From NCBI RefSeq assembly GCF_009834535.1, contig NC_045698.1, positions 6,574,001-6,638,000 of the forward strand: DNA of 64,000 nucleotides, read 5' to 3'. Shown piece after piece: positions 13,199-26,120 of the stretch. A program made the translations under genes and the position numbers. The notes beneath the pieces were generated by a model that worked only from the letters and a program-made list of their open reading frames with translations, had not been told where the DNA came from and did no database searches. How positions within the stretch are numbered: position 1 is the first letter of the stretch; each line of letters opens with the position of its first letter. Origin of the DNA: Camelus ferus (lineage: Eukaryota).

Positions 13199-14393
13199 GG
13201 GAACGCGTAACAATGCAGTTGATTACCTATCAGTTAGGACCGTGGCTAAAGACACATGAAAATGACTCACCAGGAAAGCCAGAGGACAACCATGCACCCA
13301 AACATGCCTCTCTCTCTAACCCTTCAGAGCCAGATATCCAAGTGTGAAACTGGGGTCCGGGCTGTACACCTCATCTCTGGAGTCCAAAGCCCTTTCCAGG
13401 CAAACCTAGTCAACCAAGTCACCGGCACGGCTGGCCAGGGAGAAACTGTTTAACAAAAACTTTAGTAATCTGAGTTTATGGCTGAGCAAGAACTAAACCA
13501 GGTCCTCTGTCTGTCTGTCCATCAGTGCCCAGTGCATGCCCCCAGCCCCAGGCTCCATCTCCCGGCCCACACTGGGAAGAGTCATTTACCTGCGTGGGGA
13601 GGAGACGCCGAGGCTCCTAGGTGGCAGCTCCGTAACTGATTTACGGGTTGCCCTTCAGACCTTCACATCTTAAACCTTTCCATGACTAAGTTTCTCCCCG
13701 TGGAAAAGAACACCTCCTTCTCTGAGGGGGTGTTGAGAAATGATGAAACACACCTGGCCGCGGAGCGAAAGTGCCTCAGATGGAGGCATGAGATGGGGCG
13801 GCTGCTACCAGGATGCCCTGGTAACATCCTTCATCAGTTACTCATGCCGGAGTCTCCAGGTAGAGAAAAAGACTTCATGAAAAACTGTGGTTTTAACAAA
13901 TGAGTAAGACCCCTTACCGCTCTATGGTTTCCTGTCGAGATTAAGTGGGAATCTATATCCATTACTTAGGGGGTTTTTTCCCCCCATATATCCAGGCATG
14001 ATGCAATCTTAATAAAAAAAAAAGTTATGTATCTTCCTATGAAGACGATAATTCGATAAGAAAAACTCTTTTAGCTTTTGTTTTATCATGAAGATTTTTT
14101 CTTTTCTGGAAACCATTAACTGAAAATTAATGCCAGAAGTTTATTTTCCAGTATCTTTCATTTGTTTTTATTAAATAAAGTATGTAATAAGAGGTAAGCA
14201 CGCACCTACATCTGTAATAGGACAAAAGAAATCATATGGTCTTGTGGATCTACTTATTATGAAAGTAAAACAAAACAGCAGTAACAATAAGAAACTCCAG
14301 TGCAATACTAAGTTCTTTTTTAAAATATCCTATGTGTAACTAATAAATTTTCTTTGGCATTATGTAGGCTCCAAAGAGGTAGGATCTTTCTTT

Positions 14394-14543
14394 TCTTTTT
14401 TTTTTTCCTTTTTTTCAGGGGGTGAGAGGGAGGTAATTAGTTTCATTTGTTGATTTATTTTTAGAGAAAGTACTGGGGATTGAACCCAGGACCCTGCGTA
14501 TGCTGAGCACACGCTCTACCACTTGAGCTATACCCTCTCCCCT
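14394..14543 (-). mobile_element. Camelid tRNA-derived SINE (Vic-1-like), full length
   Basis: Reverse complement reads ggggagagggtatagctcaagtggtagagcgtgtgctcagcatacgcagggtcctgggttcaatccccagtac..., with the tail seen as poly-T on +. TSD taggatctttcttt/taggacctttcttt at 14380-14393 and 14544-14557. Confidence 0.92.
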
Positions 14544-17500
14544 TAGGACCTTTCTTTAGTCACCTTTTCAGGGCATTTCGTTCCATTTTCCTAGGGCTGT
14601 TTTAATGTCTGGCTTCCTTGGGCAATCAGCTGTCAATCTTTCCCAGGACTGGGATTTCTGTTTCATTGGCCTTTAATCTCGCAAAGTATCCAGACCATTC
14701 TTTTCACAGATTATAAATAAGTAAATAAAACAATCTGCAAGTAAGAGGGGAAAAAAGGCATCCAAGCTGCTTACATTTCCACAACAGAGCATTCTGTACC
14801 TACTCACTGTATTTATTCTTGAGTTATAGCAAATGACAATTTCCATCTGGACTTTTTTTTTTTTCATAAAGGCACTTCTCATTTTATCCTGTGATAATTT
14901 GAAAAACTGTGTACGCTGTGTAACCATAAATAAAATAGCTTACAGCACCAGTCCAAAAATTATTCTCAAACTCCATGCATACTAAGCTAGTTGTTCCAGC
15001 CCAGCCAAGAGAAACAGGGTCAGATGCTGTACAATGCTAAGGAAGGAATAAAATGGCATGTTTCTAGCACGTTCTCTGCTGTGCTGCTGGTTATCTGGTG
15101 GGGCTCCAGAGTTTAATAAATCATCTTAATTGGACACTGAGCTCAGCCACTGGGCTAACACAGTCAAATAAGGATGAGTTTTTGTCTTCCATGTTACTCT
15201 GTGCCTTGTCTACACTGTGGGTGTCCTCCGACTGCAGCCACTTCAGCCCATATCCAAGCAGCACCAGGTGGAAGCACGGGTGTGACCCCAGCCGCACCCT
15301 AGGAAGAGCCGCCCGAGTGTCACTGGTACTATCTGCAACCACAGTAAGCTGGCACTACTCTTAAGTCACCCAAGATTGAGAGTCAGGTCACATCATTTCC
15401 ATGTTTCACCCACTGCCGGAAGGATGGCTCAGCCCAGCTCCAAGAACTCATTCATGCTGGTGAATTACTCACAAGGAAGGGACAGAAGAAGGAAGAAATA
15501 AAGTTAATCTTGTGCCCACCAGATACAAAAACTTACATTAAATATGTGATCACAAATTACAACTTATAGGAGAATAAACTGTGGCCAAGTAAGGTCAAAT
15601 AAGACTGCAACTGTCAGTACTAGAGCTTTCTTTAGAATGAGACATAGGGTCTTAGCTAAATCCATGCAGAGCACGCCCTGGAATTAAAGCCTGTCTTCTT
15701 CAGGAAGGCAGTGTCCTGTCCCAGTAAATGATGGGTGGAAATTCAATCTTGTCAGGGGTTCCTTTATTCCCTCTCTTACGCTTGTTCTAATTAAGCCCCA
15801 GAGAATCTTTTCTATAAAAACAAAATATAGCCAAGCATTTCCCAAATTATCCTGCACTTAAATGACTTCTCTTTAGAATGGCTATCTTAATTGACTAGTA
15901 ATATTCTTCAGCCTTTCATATCAAGAGTATCATATAAAACAAAGAACTATGGACGGCTTTTAAGGTGATTCCTCTACCACTTTACTATTATTTTCAACAC
16001 TGAACAGTCCCCACTGTTTTATTTTCCTGTATAAAGAGGCCTCATTACCAACACACAGCACTCATCTAGCCCTCCGTCTGTGAGCAATCTCTGGTTTCAT
16101 CCACAGTGTCTACCATTCCATATGACTCAACACATGAAATGTGCGCAAAATGATTGCTGGCAGGAGGTAAAGCAAAATCTGCATTCCCAACTAGGAGCCA
16201 TGAGGTCAGGCGGCCAGGTGCTGGGCTCCTAGGAGTCAGAGTGAAGAAAACTCTGGGAGTGACAGACAGGCACATCTCCAGGAGAAATAAATAAAATTAT
16301 CCAATGACAGGACAGTGGTCAGAGAACTCTTCCTAAATCATTAATGGAGCAGTCCAGGGAAGGAGACAGAGCATGACTTAAGCATAGACAACCTATGACA
16401 GCAAATGTAGGCATATACACTGCAGATGGAACTAACTCAACATAAGGAAGTTGGGCTGAGAAGACTAAGAAGGAACTCAGCTGGCTTCTGAAGACTTAGA
16501 CAAGATTTGGAAAGTTTAGGTAAAGTGTATTTAAGGCTAAAATGGCAAGCCCATGGTATTGGGCAAGGTGGAGCCAGAAATCACAAAAATGGGCTGGTGT
16601 ATGTTGCTATATAGGAGTACCTTCTGGTACATTCAGCATGACTTCCTAAAGGAAGATGCATTTAGCCTTAAAATAGTATGAAATGGAAGGAAGGATAAGG
16701 TGTGCTAGAGAGTTTAACAGAAGGTGGTGGAAGCTGGAAGGTTAGAAGGGAAGGTTAGAAGAGAAGAGAAGAATGAATGCTTGAAATTGTTACATAAAAT
16801 GGAGAAATTAAATGCTGCATTGAGTGTACACCATATTGAGCATACTTGATTATAGGACAGGGAAGACAAATAGTAGCAGATTCTATCTCACAATGCTTTT
16901 GTTATATGTGGACAACAAAAGCTCCATGTGCTTAATAAAAGTCAAATAACATAGCCGTAATAATTTATATGCTTCTGAAACATGTCTGTACTCTGAGTTT
17001 CACCAACAGCCTAGCACTTAATTTTTATTTTATGACTCCCTATTTAAATGAATTCCACTGAATGCAAGCAAGGTATGTACCAAAATAGATACATAAAATC
17101 TCTATAAAGTAAAACTCATCTGAAGAAATTAGGTGACAATATATCCTAACATTTTTTTCTCTCTCTATTAGAACCTGATTCAAAATTATCATCTGCTATA
17201 TTTCTCATTTAACTGGATGAGAGCTCAAAGGCTACCCAGCTCTTTTGTCACTGTGAAATGAAAATTAATTATGTAATTATTTTAGGAAAACACATATTAC
17301 ATGCATAAATAGATATTACTATAATCATCATATTTCATTGCAATGATATCTGAGACTTAAAAGAATACCATCAAACAAAATTAACTTCATTCACAATAAA
17401 TGAAGCATAAGAAAGATATGGAAAACTCTGCTCAGCTGTGTTCAAGATCTAGCGATTTACTCTAAGAAAAAATTACTTTCATCTAAGATGAGAGCTTTTC

Positions 17501-19176
17501 TCCAGCTCTTTCTGTGGATGCCCATCCAATATAGTCTCTGCAAATGAGCATAAAATAAGAAAGTCCCTCTGATTAGATTTGATAAGAAATTTACATTCAG
17601 TGCTCTACATATCATAAATCCTGCATAAATATTAAGATGGAAATAGGTCCATTTTCAAATAAGTCATTTGCTCAAGTGACGCTTTTACTGTCTACCAATC
17701 AAAACATGAAAACATTGGTAACGTTCTGTACTAGAAACCTTTACACAAATGAAACAAGAAAGTCATTCAGAAGCCTTAGTAAAACCCACCAGATGTACGG
17801 ATGAGGAGACAGCACCAACATGGATATCATTCACAAATGAGAGAAGAATATCCCCCCGAAACAGGGCAAGGGCTTTTGAGTTGAAAGACCGTGGAGTGAA
17901 TCAACTTTCATGATTCCACTTTGGGAAAGTTTATAAACTTCCATCTCAGCTTTGTCGATTAAATGGGAGCAAAACCCTTTACCTTCCCGAGTTTTCATCA
18001 TGGCTGACATAACATTTAAAAGTGTCCCCCTGCTGACACATGGCAGGTCTGCTGTACATACGACATCACTGCATAGCTGGCTGTTCAGTAAATGCTCCAC
18101 AATTTCATACGTGTGTCTCAATCTGTTGTGACTCATTGCCACCCCAAGCTTAGTGTACTTGGAAAAGATCCAGTGCCCATGAGACAAGATGGAGCTGTAA
18201 GCAGATGGGCATGTGACCCAAATAAATCAGAGCCTTATATTTTTCAAATGTTAAATCAACCACTTCTTGATTTACCCAATGAGTGCTTCCAATAAGGAGT
18301 TACTTTCAAGGTACAACTTTTAAAAAACTTTCCTTTAAGCAAAATTTCATTACAGTATTTTTAAAAAGTTTTTAGCCAGTAGGGAAGAAACTACACCAAT
18401 CAGAGGACCATGACTGCTCCGTATCTAGGGTTCATTGATGGTCAGATGGAGTTCCCACCCAATACAATGAAGATGATCACCAAACACAGACACCTGTAAG
18501 GCGTTCTGGGTTTCTGAGACATAAAATGATAGCAGGAGGAAAGAAAGGAATCTAAACATCTTGTCACACATACCAGAGGACAAGTACTTACAAAAGGAAA
18601 CTTAAAGGAAGTTAATTTAACTTAATGCATGCATTGGAAGATGAAAAATTAGCATTTCTTTTAACATTCCTTTAAAATCTGTATTTTTATAATTTTTTCA
18701 GCCTCCTTTTTTTTCCTTTCAGTTGGCAAGGTGTCAAAAGGCAATAAAGAGAAAAAGTACTTCCAGATGGTTGGTCTAAGCAAATTAGGTGGAATTTTCT
18801 TTAAATAAAAAGGAAAATGTATGTAATAGAAGCCCTGCTGAACACCTATCAAATCAAAATGACTGCTGTCTGCGTCGCGGTAATTCACTCACCGGTTTAT
18901 GGCCTCACTCTATTTCAAAGAGTCTCCCAAACTCACATAATGTTCTGCAGTGCTAGAGTTGGCATCAAATCTTTGATTTAGCTCAGAGATACAGACTGTG
19001 AAATCTTCCATTGTTAGACAACGTCCTTCTTGGGAACAGAATTAAGAAAGATGAGCAACAACAAAAAAAGATTTTTTAAAAAATATGTGCATCCTTTCAA
19101 GGGCAGCTTTAACCTGCACTCACTCAGCTCAATAAACTCCAAGGGTTGCAGGAATAACATCAAAAAAAAAAAAAAA

Positions 19177-19345
19177 AGTATAGCACAAGGAACTGTATTC
19201 GATACCTTGTAGTAGCTTATGGTGAAAAGAATATAAAAATGAATATGTATATTCATGTGTGACTGAAGCTTTGTGCTCTACACCAGAAACTGACACAACA
19301 TTGTGAACTGACTATACTTCAATTAAAAAGTAGGAAAAAAAACAC
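19177..19345 (+). mobile_element. Short L1 3'UTR fragment
   Basis: gtatagcacaaggaactgtattc...ctgacacaacattgtgaactgactatacttcaattaaaaa, homologous to the 3' end of the 42406 L1. Confidence 0.85.
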
Positions 19346-19570
19346 ATAAAAACCTCACTTTGTCATTCCAACTATACATTTTCTTGTCATCATTGTGTGT
19401 TTTGGAGAGTTGTCAGTCAAAATTAGAGAGGCAAATGAAATGATGGTAGTGGGTCATCAGGTCACAGATGAACTCTCAAAGCTCTTAGAAAAGTGTACTC
19501 TTAATTTCTTCAACCTTCAGTTGGGGGGTTAGATTTTATTTGGTCCCCTCTTCACTCTAAAATCCATGAG

Positions 19571-19683
19571 TAATATGCATGTATGTGTATGACCGACCTA
19601 TTATGCGGTACATCCGAAATTGACACAGCACTGTAAACTGACTATACTTCAATTAAAAAATAAAATAAAATGAAATAAAATAG
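19571..19683 (+). mobile_element. Very short L1 3' end with TSD
   Basis: ttgacacagcactgtaaactgactatacttcaattaaaaaataaaataaaa. TSD aatccatgag at 19561-19570 and 19684-19693. Confidence 0.85.
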
Positions 19684-20090
19684 AATCCATGAGCACATAA
19701 GTGAGGGGGAAGTGTTGAGAATTGGAGATGTGGGAGGTCAGGGAAGTTGGGGGGTGTGTTGGTCCACTCTAACCCGTGTTTGATCACTGGTAACACAGGA
19801 TGAACCCCCAAGTCATTCATCGAATGGCAGGCCCCACGTTTCCCAGCAGTTAGTTCCAGATGAGCCTCCCAGCACCGTCTTGCCCGCTCCCTTCCACCCC
19901 AGGGCTGTTGCACCTGCACACGGGATGGAAGCTATTGGCATAAGGTCAGCAATACTGACAAAGGCAACACGAAAATCGCAGTGCGTCAAGTCCAAGCCCT
20001 GGCCATCACAGCCGTGCGACCACACAAGTACACACAATGTTTTCAAGACGTGCATTTGTCCTTCTTTTTGTTCAGCCAAGTGCATTTAGA

Positions 20091-20302
20091 CCAAGAGCTC
20101 AAAACCAAGGGCGATTTTACTCCCTCTGCTTGGGAACATCTGGCGATGTCTGGAGCCAATTCTGGCTGTCACAACCAGGGGATGCTGCTGGCATCTAGCG
20201 AACAGAGGTTGAGGATGCTAATAATTTCCTATAATGCACAGGAAAGCTCCCCCATAAGAAGAAACTATCCAACCCCAAATAGTGCCAAGGTTGAAAAGCT
20301 GC
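20091..20302 (+). mobile_element. MER20 DNA transposon
   Basis: gggcgattttactccc...atctggcgatgtctggag...ctgtcacaacc...ctggcatctag...aatgcacagga...aatagtgccaaggttgaaaa. Confidence 0.88.
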
Positions 20303-21238
20303 TTCAGACTAAAAAAAATGCAATTTAGGTAGTATTACAGCCTATAAGGAGGAAAGGACTTGGTAAGACCAAGTACCTGGTGTAATGATCAGACGCCCCC
20401 GCCCCATGATTGCAGTCAAAGCTTTGCCCACAATCCCTGTCCCCAACAGGAATGTTCCTTATCCCCTGCGTGTGACAACTGCCCTCCAGAGCTCACAAAC
20501 TCTAAGCTATGGAGGACTGTAAGCTCCTTGCCACTGAAACTTCTCAGCTGCTAAAATCGGAAGGCTGGCACCGTCACTGGACAACTTTCTAATTATCTTT
20601 TATATCCTGTACAGACTCTCCCTTTATTCTTCCATGTAAAAAATAGAAGGCAATTTATAGCAAGACTTTCAACTCTCTGCTATATTATTTTAAGACGCTG
20701 CAGCTTTTACATTTTACCCAAAAGAAGTTTCACTAGAATAAATAAAACCAGTGGGAAACAGTTCATGAACAACTGTTTTTCAAAGAATATTTTTTCAACA
20801 TTATAAGCTGCAACTTCTAATTAAATATTCAATTCCACTGGATTTCGTGTGCAGAATATATTTACTGTTTCTACTTATGCGCATCATCTGCTTTGTTAAA
20901 ACATGTTTTAAATTTCTCACATAAATCTACATTTTTATAAGCCCTGAATGGGATCCTGGTTTGTGCATTTTTCTTCTCAACTACCCGTAGCATTTGATCT
21001 CAGATTCTTTGACATTGTCTATAAAGTACAAAGTAGGAACCACCAACTACTATTTCTTGTAATTTTCAAAGTTAAGGGCAACAAGAATGATCATGAAGTT
21101 TCAATCCATGTAATTATGTAACTGCATTCCTGTCTCTGGAGACATTTTTCCTTAACATCTGCGTTGTATCTTTGTCCCTACAGATGCACAGATCCTTTCT
21201 ATTGGATGACTTCACTTTAACTTGTATTAAATCCCTCC

Positions 21239-21626
21239 TGTCTTAGCTTGGGCTGCTGTAACAAATTAAGAAGACTAGGCTGCTTTATGTTTTTTTAAGA
21301 CTAGGTAGCTTTAACTCCAAACATTTATTTTCACAGTTTTGGAGGTTGGGAAGTCCAAGACCAAGATGCTAGCAGATTTGGTGTCTGGTAAGAACCCTCT
21401 TCCTGGTTCATAGATGGTCATTTTCTTGTTGCAGAAAGAGAGGAGGGTGGGGCACGGGAAGCAGTATCTCTCTTATCTCTTCCATCAGGGCACTAATCCC
21501 ATTGGTGAGGGCCCCACCCTCGGGATTGAATCACCTCCCAAAGACCCCACTCCTGACAGGATGACACTGAGGATTAGAAATTTCATATATGAACGTCAGA
21601 GGGACGCAACCATTCAGTCCATAATA
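21239..21626 (-). mobile_element. MLT1A-type ERVL-MaLR solo LTR
   Basis: tgtcttagcttgggctgctgtaacaaa...gggcactaatcccatt...cacctcccaaagaccccac...cattcagtccata is the reverse complement of the MLT1A consensus. Confidence 0.9.
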
Positions 21627-23914
21627 CCTTTTATATGCCGGAGGGAGCAAAGTCAGGGCATACACCCTACTTGCAAGTTCTGTGCCTCAGGAGGGGCAGA
21701 ATTTGGCTTCAGCCCACAAGGATCAGACCCCCTCCGTGATTCCAGTGGAAGCCTTGCCATTTACCAGAAATCCCTGCCATCCACCAGGAGTGCTCTCTCT
21801 CCTTTGTATGTGACAACTGCCTTCCACAGATGATAAATATTGAGGGCACGCTAACTGGCGAGCTCCGAAAGAACAGAACTCTGCCATCTGTCTTTATACA
21901 CGGAGAGCAAGAAACAGGTCCTAAATATGCCCCCGATGTTGATGAGGACAAGTGATGGGCTTTCCTGGACTTGACACTGTTGGTGCTGAGACAGGTTCAG
22001 TCAGGTAACAAGCATCCTGACCTTTAGGACAAAGTAACGGACAAATAGGGTATGTCGTGGCCAGACACTGTGTCTCACTTAGGAATCTGAAATAGAGGCA
22101 GAGTAAGGTACAAAATCACGTTCACCATCATGCTTAGTGAAGAAAACCCGCACCTCTGAGCTGAGGATCAAAGGGCATGACAGGCTTTGGATGCTGGCTT
22201 CCTAGCTGGCCTGTCTCCCAAGTCCAGCTGGGCAGCCTCTCATGATGCTGTGGTGCCCTAGGAGCCTCAGAGGAGCCTGACTGTGTCCAGATGGCAGGGA
22301 TTAAAGAGGAGGCCTCATCTTTCCCGGGGCCTACATGCATGCACAAGGACTCCATAGAGTTACATGTTTCTCAGTGACACCCAAACAACTTCTGTTTATT
22401 CATCTGGGGAGCGTTCCACTTTCCTCAAGGATCAGTATATGACAAGAGATAGCAAAGCCCAACGAAATCAACATACAACTGACAAAAACAAACCAAGTTT
22501 TCAGAAGGGCAAGTTAGGAACAACTTTTGCTTGTCTGTGGTGTCACACAGAGAAGAGTTCTGACTAGAGTAGACACTCTTTGATTGTATCCCTAAAGCCC
22601 CATTGGTCCATCTGCAGCCAAACCTCTGGCTTCAGATGTGCTCTGCTGGGCCCTTGGCAGCCATGTTGCTTCCAGATAGAGTTCAAATATTGGAAGAGCA
22701 TTGCTCGAGGGTGGCACCATTCCATTTCTCCATGTCACCCACTGGTACACATGCACACATGGCACTGGACTGAGCCATCATGAACACGCACAATGCACTG
22801 GAGCTCTTCAAACAATGGACCGGAGAGTTTCCTAAAACTCATGGGAACCCCAGCTTTGTCCCTGACTCATGTGTCTGTCACCATGCTCCAGGTGGCTTTC
22901 TCTCCCCGACCCCCTCTCCAGTTTTCCTTCTTTTAAGTAATAGCAGCACAGCATTCACTGACAGAGTAGTGCTGGGGAATGTATGAGACGCAGTCTTTCT
23001 CTTTATAAACACCTCTTGAATTAAAACTTAGGCATTTACCATTAAAATTCACCTTCATTATAGAATTTGCCACTACCCATGATACACAAGAGAATGATGG
23101 TATCTGCACACAGAGAAAAGGCAAATGAGACACAGGAAGCATTTCTGACTTGTCTAGGGTGACTCATGTGCTGGAGGGAAGGGGAAATACTAAATACCTT
23201 ACATCAATACCTAAGGGCAGACTCGAGGATTTCTAATGTGCTGCTGGTGAATGTTTGTATTCTAAGAGAACTTTCAAAGGAGAATGACGGTTCAGAGACG
23301 ACAGAAGGGATTCCTGATGTAAGGAAGCAATGGTTGGGGAATGAGGAAGAGTCTACGCCCCTTGTAGGAGCTATTTTAAGCACCTTAAAGAAATGCAAAG
23401 GTTCTCAGATGATCTCACTTGTTACCAGAACTCCGCTATATCCAGAGCAACAGGATTGGTGGTCATGACCCCAGATTCCCAAATCGTCGCTCTTTTGCCA
23501 GCTCAGTGCCTCCTGGGTCTGGGCAGATTGCTTGTTTTGGGAGTTTCCAGCCACAAATTTGTTTGTGGGTCACATGTTGATTTTGTTGGGCGTTGCTATC
23601 TCCCCCTACCCGCACAGCCCTTGTCAGCAGCCTACTGGACACCCTTCTGGATCTTTCCCCAGGTCCACGTAACAAAGGCAAACTATGTATACAGACTTGG
23701 GGGATGAAGGTCTTTCTGCTTTATCAAATGAGATCTAGTTCTCATTAATTATGAAAATCTCGCCAAGTTAACCAGGAGTGTTTTAAATTAGTTTCTACAT
23801 GGCAGCAACAGATCTGAGGCATTCTTAGAATCTAACTGATACATAATCTATAATCTACTGATACATACTCAATATTTGAGGTAGTTTTTATAGTTTTTTA
23901 GGGGAAGGAGAGCA

Positions 23915-24415
23915 TTAAAAGCAACACTGCTGTAAACACCAAATACACATACCCTCATATACGTATGCTGGTGTTCTTATTTTTATAATCTGTATTCCCA
24001 GAAGTGGTAGTGCTGGGTCAGAGTGTGTACGTTTTTAATAGGAAGTGTCAGAGTGCTTTCCCCAAAATATAAACAATTCACAATTCCATCAGGAATGGGT
24101 GAGAGTCCCCTTTTATCAGCATCCTTACCAGCATTAAGTGTTTTCTTTTTCCTTCTTTTTTTCTTTTTTGAGAGTTGGAAACAGAACACTTTTTCACCTA
24201 CTTACTGGACATCAGAATTTACTCCTATGTGAATCACCTAATCATATCTTTACCCATTTTCTTGTGGGCTGCTTGAATTTTTCTTAATTTACAGCTTTTT
24301 GTACTTCAGGGATATTAACCTTAGGTCTATCATATGCATTGCAAATATTGTCTGTACGGGATATTCAACTTGTTAGATTTTTTATATTATCTTGTAGCAT
24401 AGATTATTTTGCAAA
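23915..24415 (-). mobile_element. Old L1 (L1M) ORF2/3' fragment
   Basis: tattcccagaagtggtagtgctgggtcagag, tgagagtccccttttatcagcatccttaccagca, gggatattaacc. Confidence 0.7.
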
Positions 24416-24711
24416 TGACAACCAAATGACATTCTAGTCTGTGGGTTGCAAAAAAAAAGAGGAAATCAGGAGAAAGTTCCCAGTCTGCAACTGCTAAAAT
24501 TAAGACTAAGAAACCCACTGAAATATAAACTTGGAAGAGATCCAGTATAAATAAAACTAAATGTCCAAAAACACATTCTTCACCATTGGTACAAACAGCA
24601 TCTTTCCCCTTCCCTGGCTGAGAAGAACGTGATTACCCACACAGTCAACATCGTGGCTGGTCCTGCCTGACCCTTGGAGGGGATGTTACTAACGTATCGC
24701 TCTCTACAATT

Positions 24712-24930
24712 CTTTTCTTTTTACATTTTTTTATTGAAGTGTGGTTGATTTACAATGTTAGTTTCAGTTGTATAGCAAAGTAATTCAGTCATACATATGC
24801 ATACATATATTTGTTTTTCTTCTCAGATTCTTTTTGATTATATGCCAATACAGGAAATTGAATATAGTCTAGGCAGACTGCTTGCTTTGGGAGTTTCCAG
24901 CTACAAATACTACTCTGTGCTGTCCACAGG
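24712..24930 (-). mobile_element. L1 3'UTR fragment interrupted by a 42-bp locally derived insert
   Basis: ttttttattgaagtgtggttgatttacaatgttagtttcag...aaattgaatatagt[insert]ctctgtgctgt is the reverse complement of the artiodactyl L1 3' end. Confidence 0.85.
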
Positions 24931-25817
24931 GTGGATTTCTTTAACCAGAACATACATATGATATGCACAGTTCAGAAACTGTCTCCAGCATGGGGAGAAC
25001 CTGGAATCCTAGGAGAGCAATATAGCTGCAAATATGAATGGGCTGAGTCTGAAGTGGGAACTGACTCTCTGTCTCTAAAAAAAGGCATGTGGCATCAGGG
25101 TTTCTCCCCACGTTACAGACAGAGGTGCAAGAAGGCTAGCGAGAGCCACAGTCCACCAGAGAACTGGCTCCTGACCTTTCCATTGAGAGCTTGTTATCCA
25201 GCTCTGTCATCTCCCAGAATTTTGCAAGTAATGAAGCCGCAGCCTTTTTTGTCAGGTGGTAAAGAGGCAGAGAAAGATAGTCATCATTTTACCTGATCCT
25301 TGCAATTTATCAGCATTGTTGGATTTTTTTTCATCTTGTTGAATTTTTATCCAACTGTCATTGGTATCAACAATAAAGATGCTTTATAGTGTTTCTAATC
25401 CCCAAGATGGCGGAATCAAGGTAACCTTAAAAAGGATAATGGAGTCCCCTCTCCCTCAGTGACCTAATCTGACAGCCTGGACAGCTATGAAGTCCTGTTA
25501 TAACCCCAGGTGACATGTTCTCTGGGTCTCACTGACAGCCTGCACGCAGTCATTCAAAGCCCTGATCCGGCAAATCCCACCTTCACATCTTAGTGCCCTC
25601 GGGGAGCTGCAGGTTATTTATTTAAGATGAGACGCCTGTATCACTTGCGGTCTGAACACCACCGTAAAGCAGGGAAGGGAAACCACACGACTTTGAAACT
25701 CAGGCTGATTGCCTGAGGGTGCTGCCGGTTGGCTTCTGACCCCACGAGTGAGCTGTTCCGAATGGCGTTCTTAAGAGGTGAGTCTCAATCTCCAGCAACA
25801 ACACAAATTTCTCAAAT

Positions 25818-26120
25818 GGGATCTATTATACAGAACAGAGTCTGTAGCTAATAACACTACTAGATCGTATATTTAACTTGCAAAGAGGGTCGATCTTAGC
25901 TTAAGTGTTTTTACCGAAAAACAAAATGAAACAAAAACGAGAAAGCCAGAAGAAAAAGGAGAGGCGAGAGGAAACTTTGGGAGGTGATGGCCTTGAAGGT
26001 AGTGATGGTTTCACAGGTGTGTTCTCATCCCCAGATTCACTGAGATCTATACATTAAATACGTATAGCATTTTATATGCCAATCATGCCTCAATAAAGTG
26101 GTTTTTTTTGAAAAAATAAG
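25818..26120 (+). mobile_element. L1MA/MB-type 3' end
   Basis: ggaaactttgggaggtgatgg...gatggtttcacaggtgt...acattaaatacgtatagc...cctcaataaagtggtt. Confidence 0.85.

Noticed and set aside
14470..14543. tRNA-like sequence with A and B boxes
   Set aside because: Head of a SINE with tail and TSDs, not a tRNA gene. The same applies to the 1169 and 59236 copies.
25403..25413. YY1-type motif caagatggcgg
   Set aside because: Single isolated motif without promoter context.
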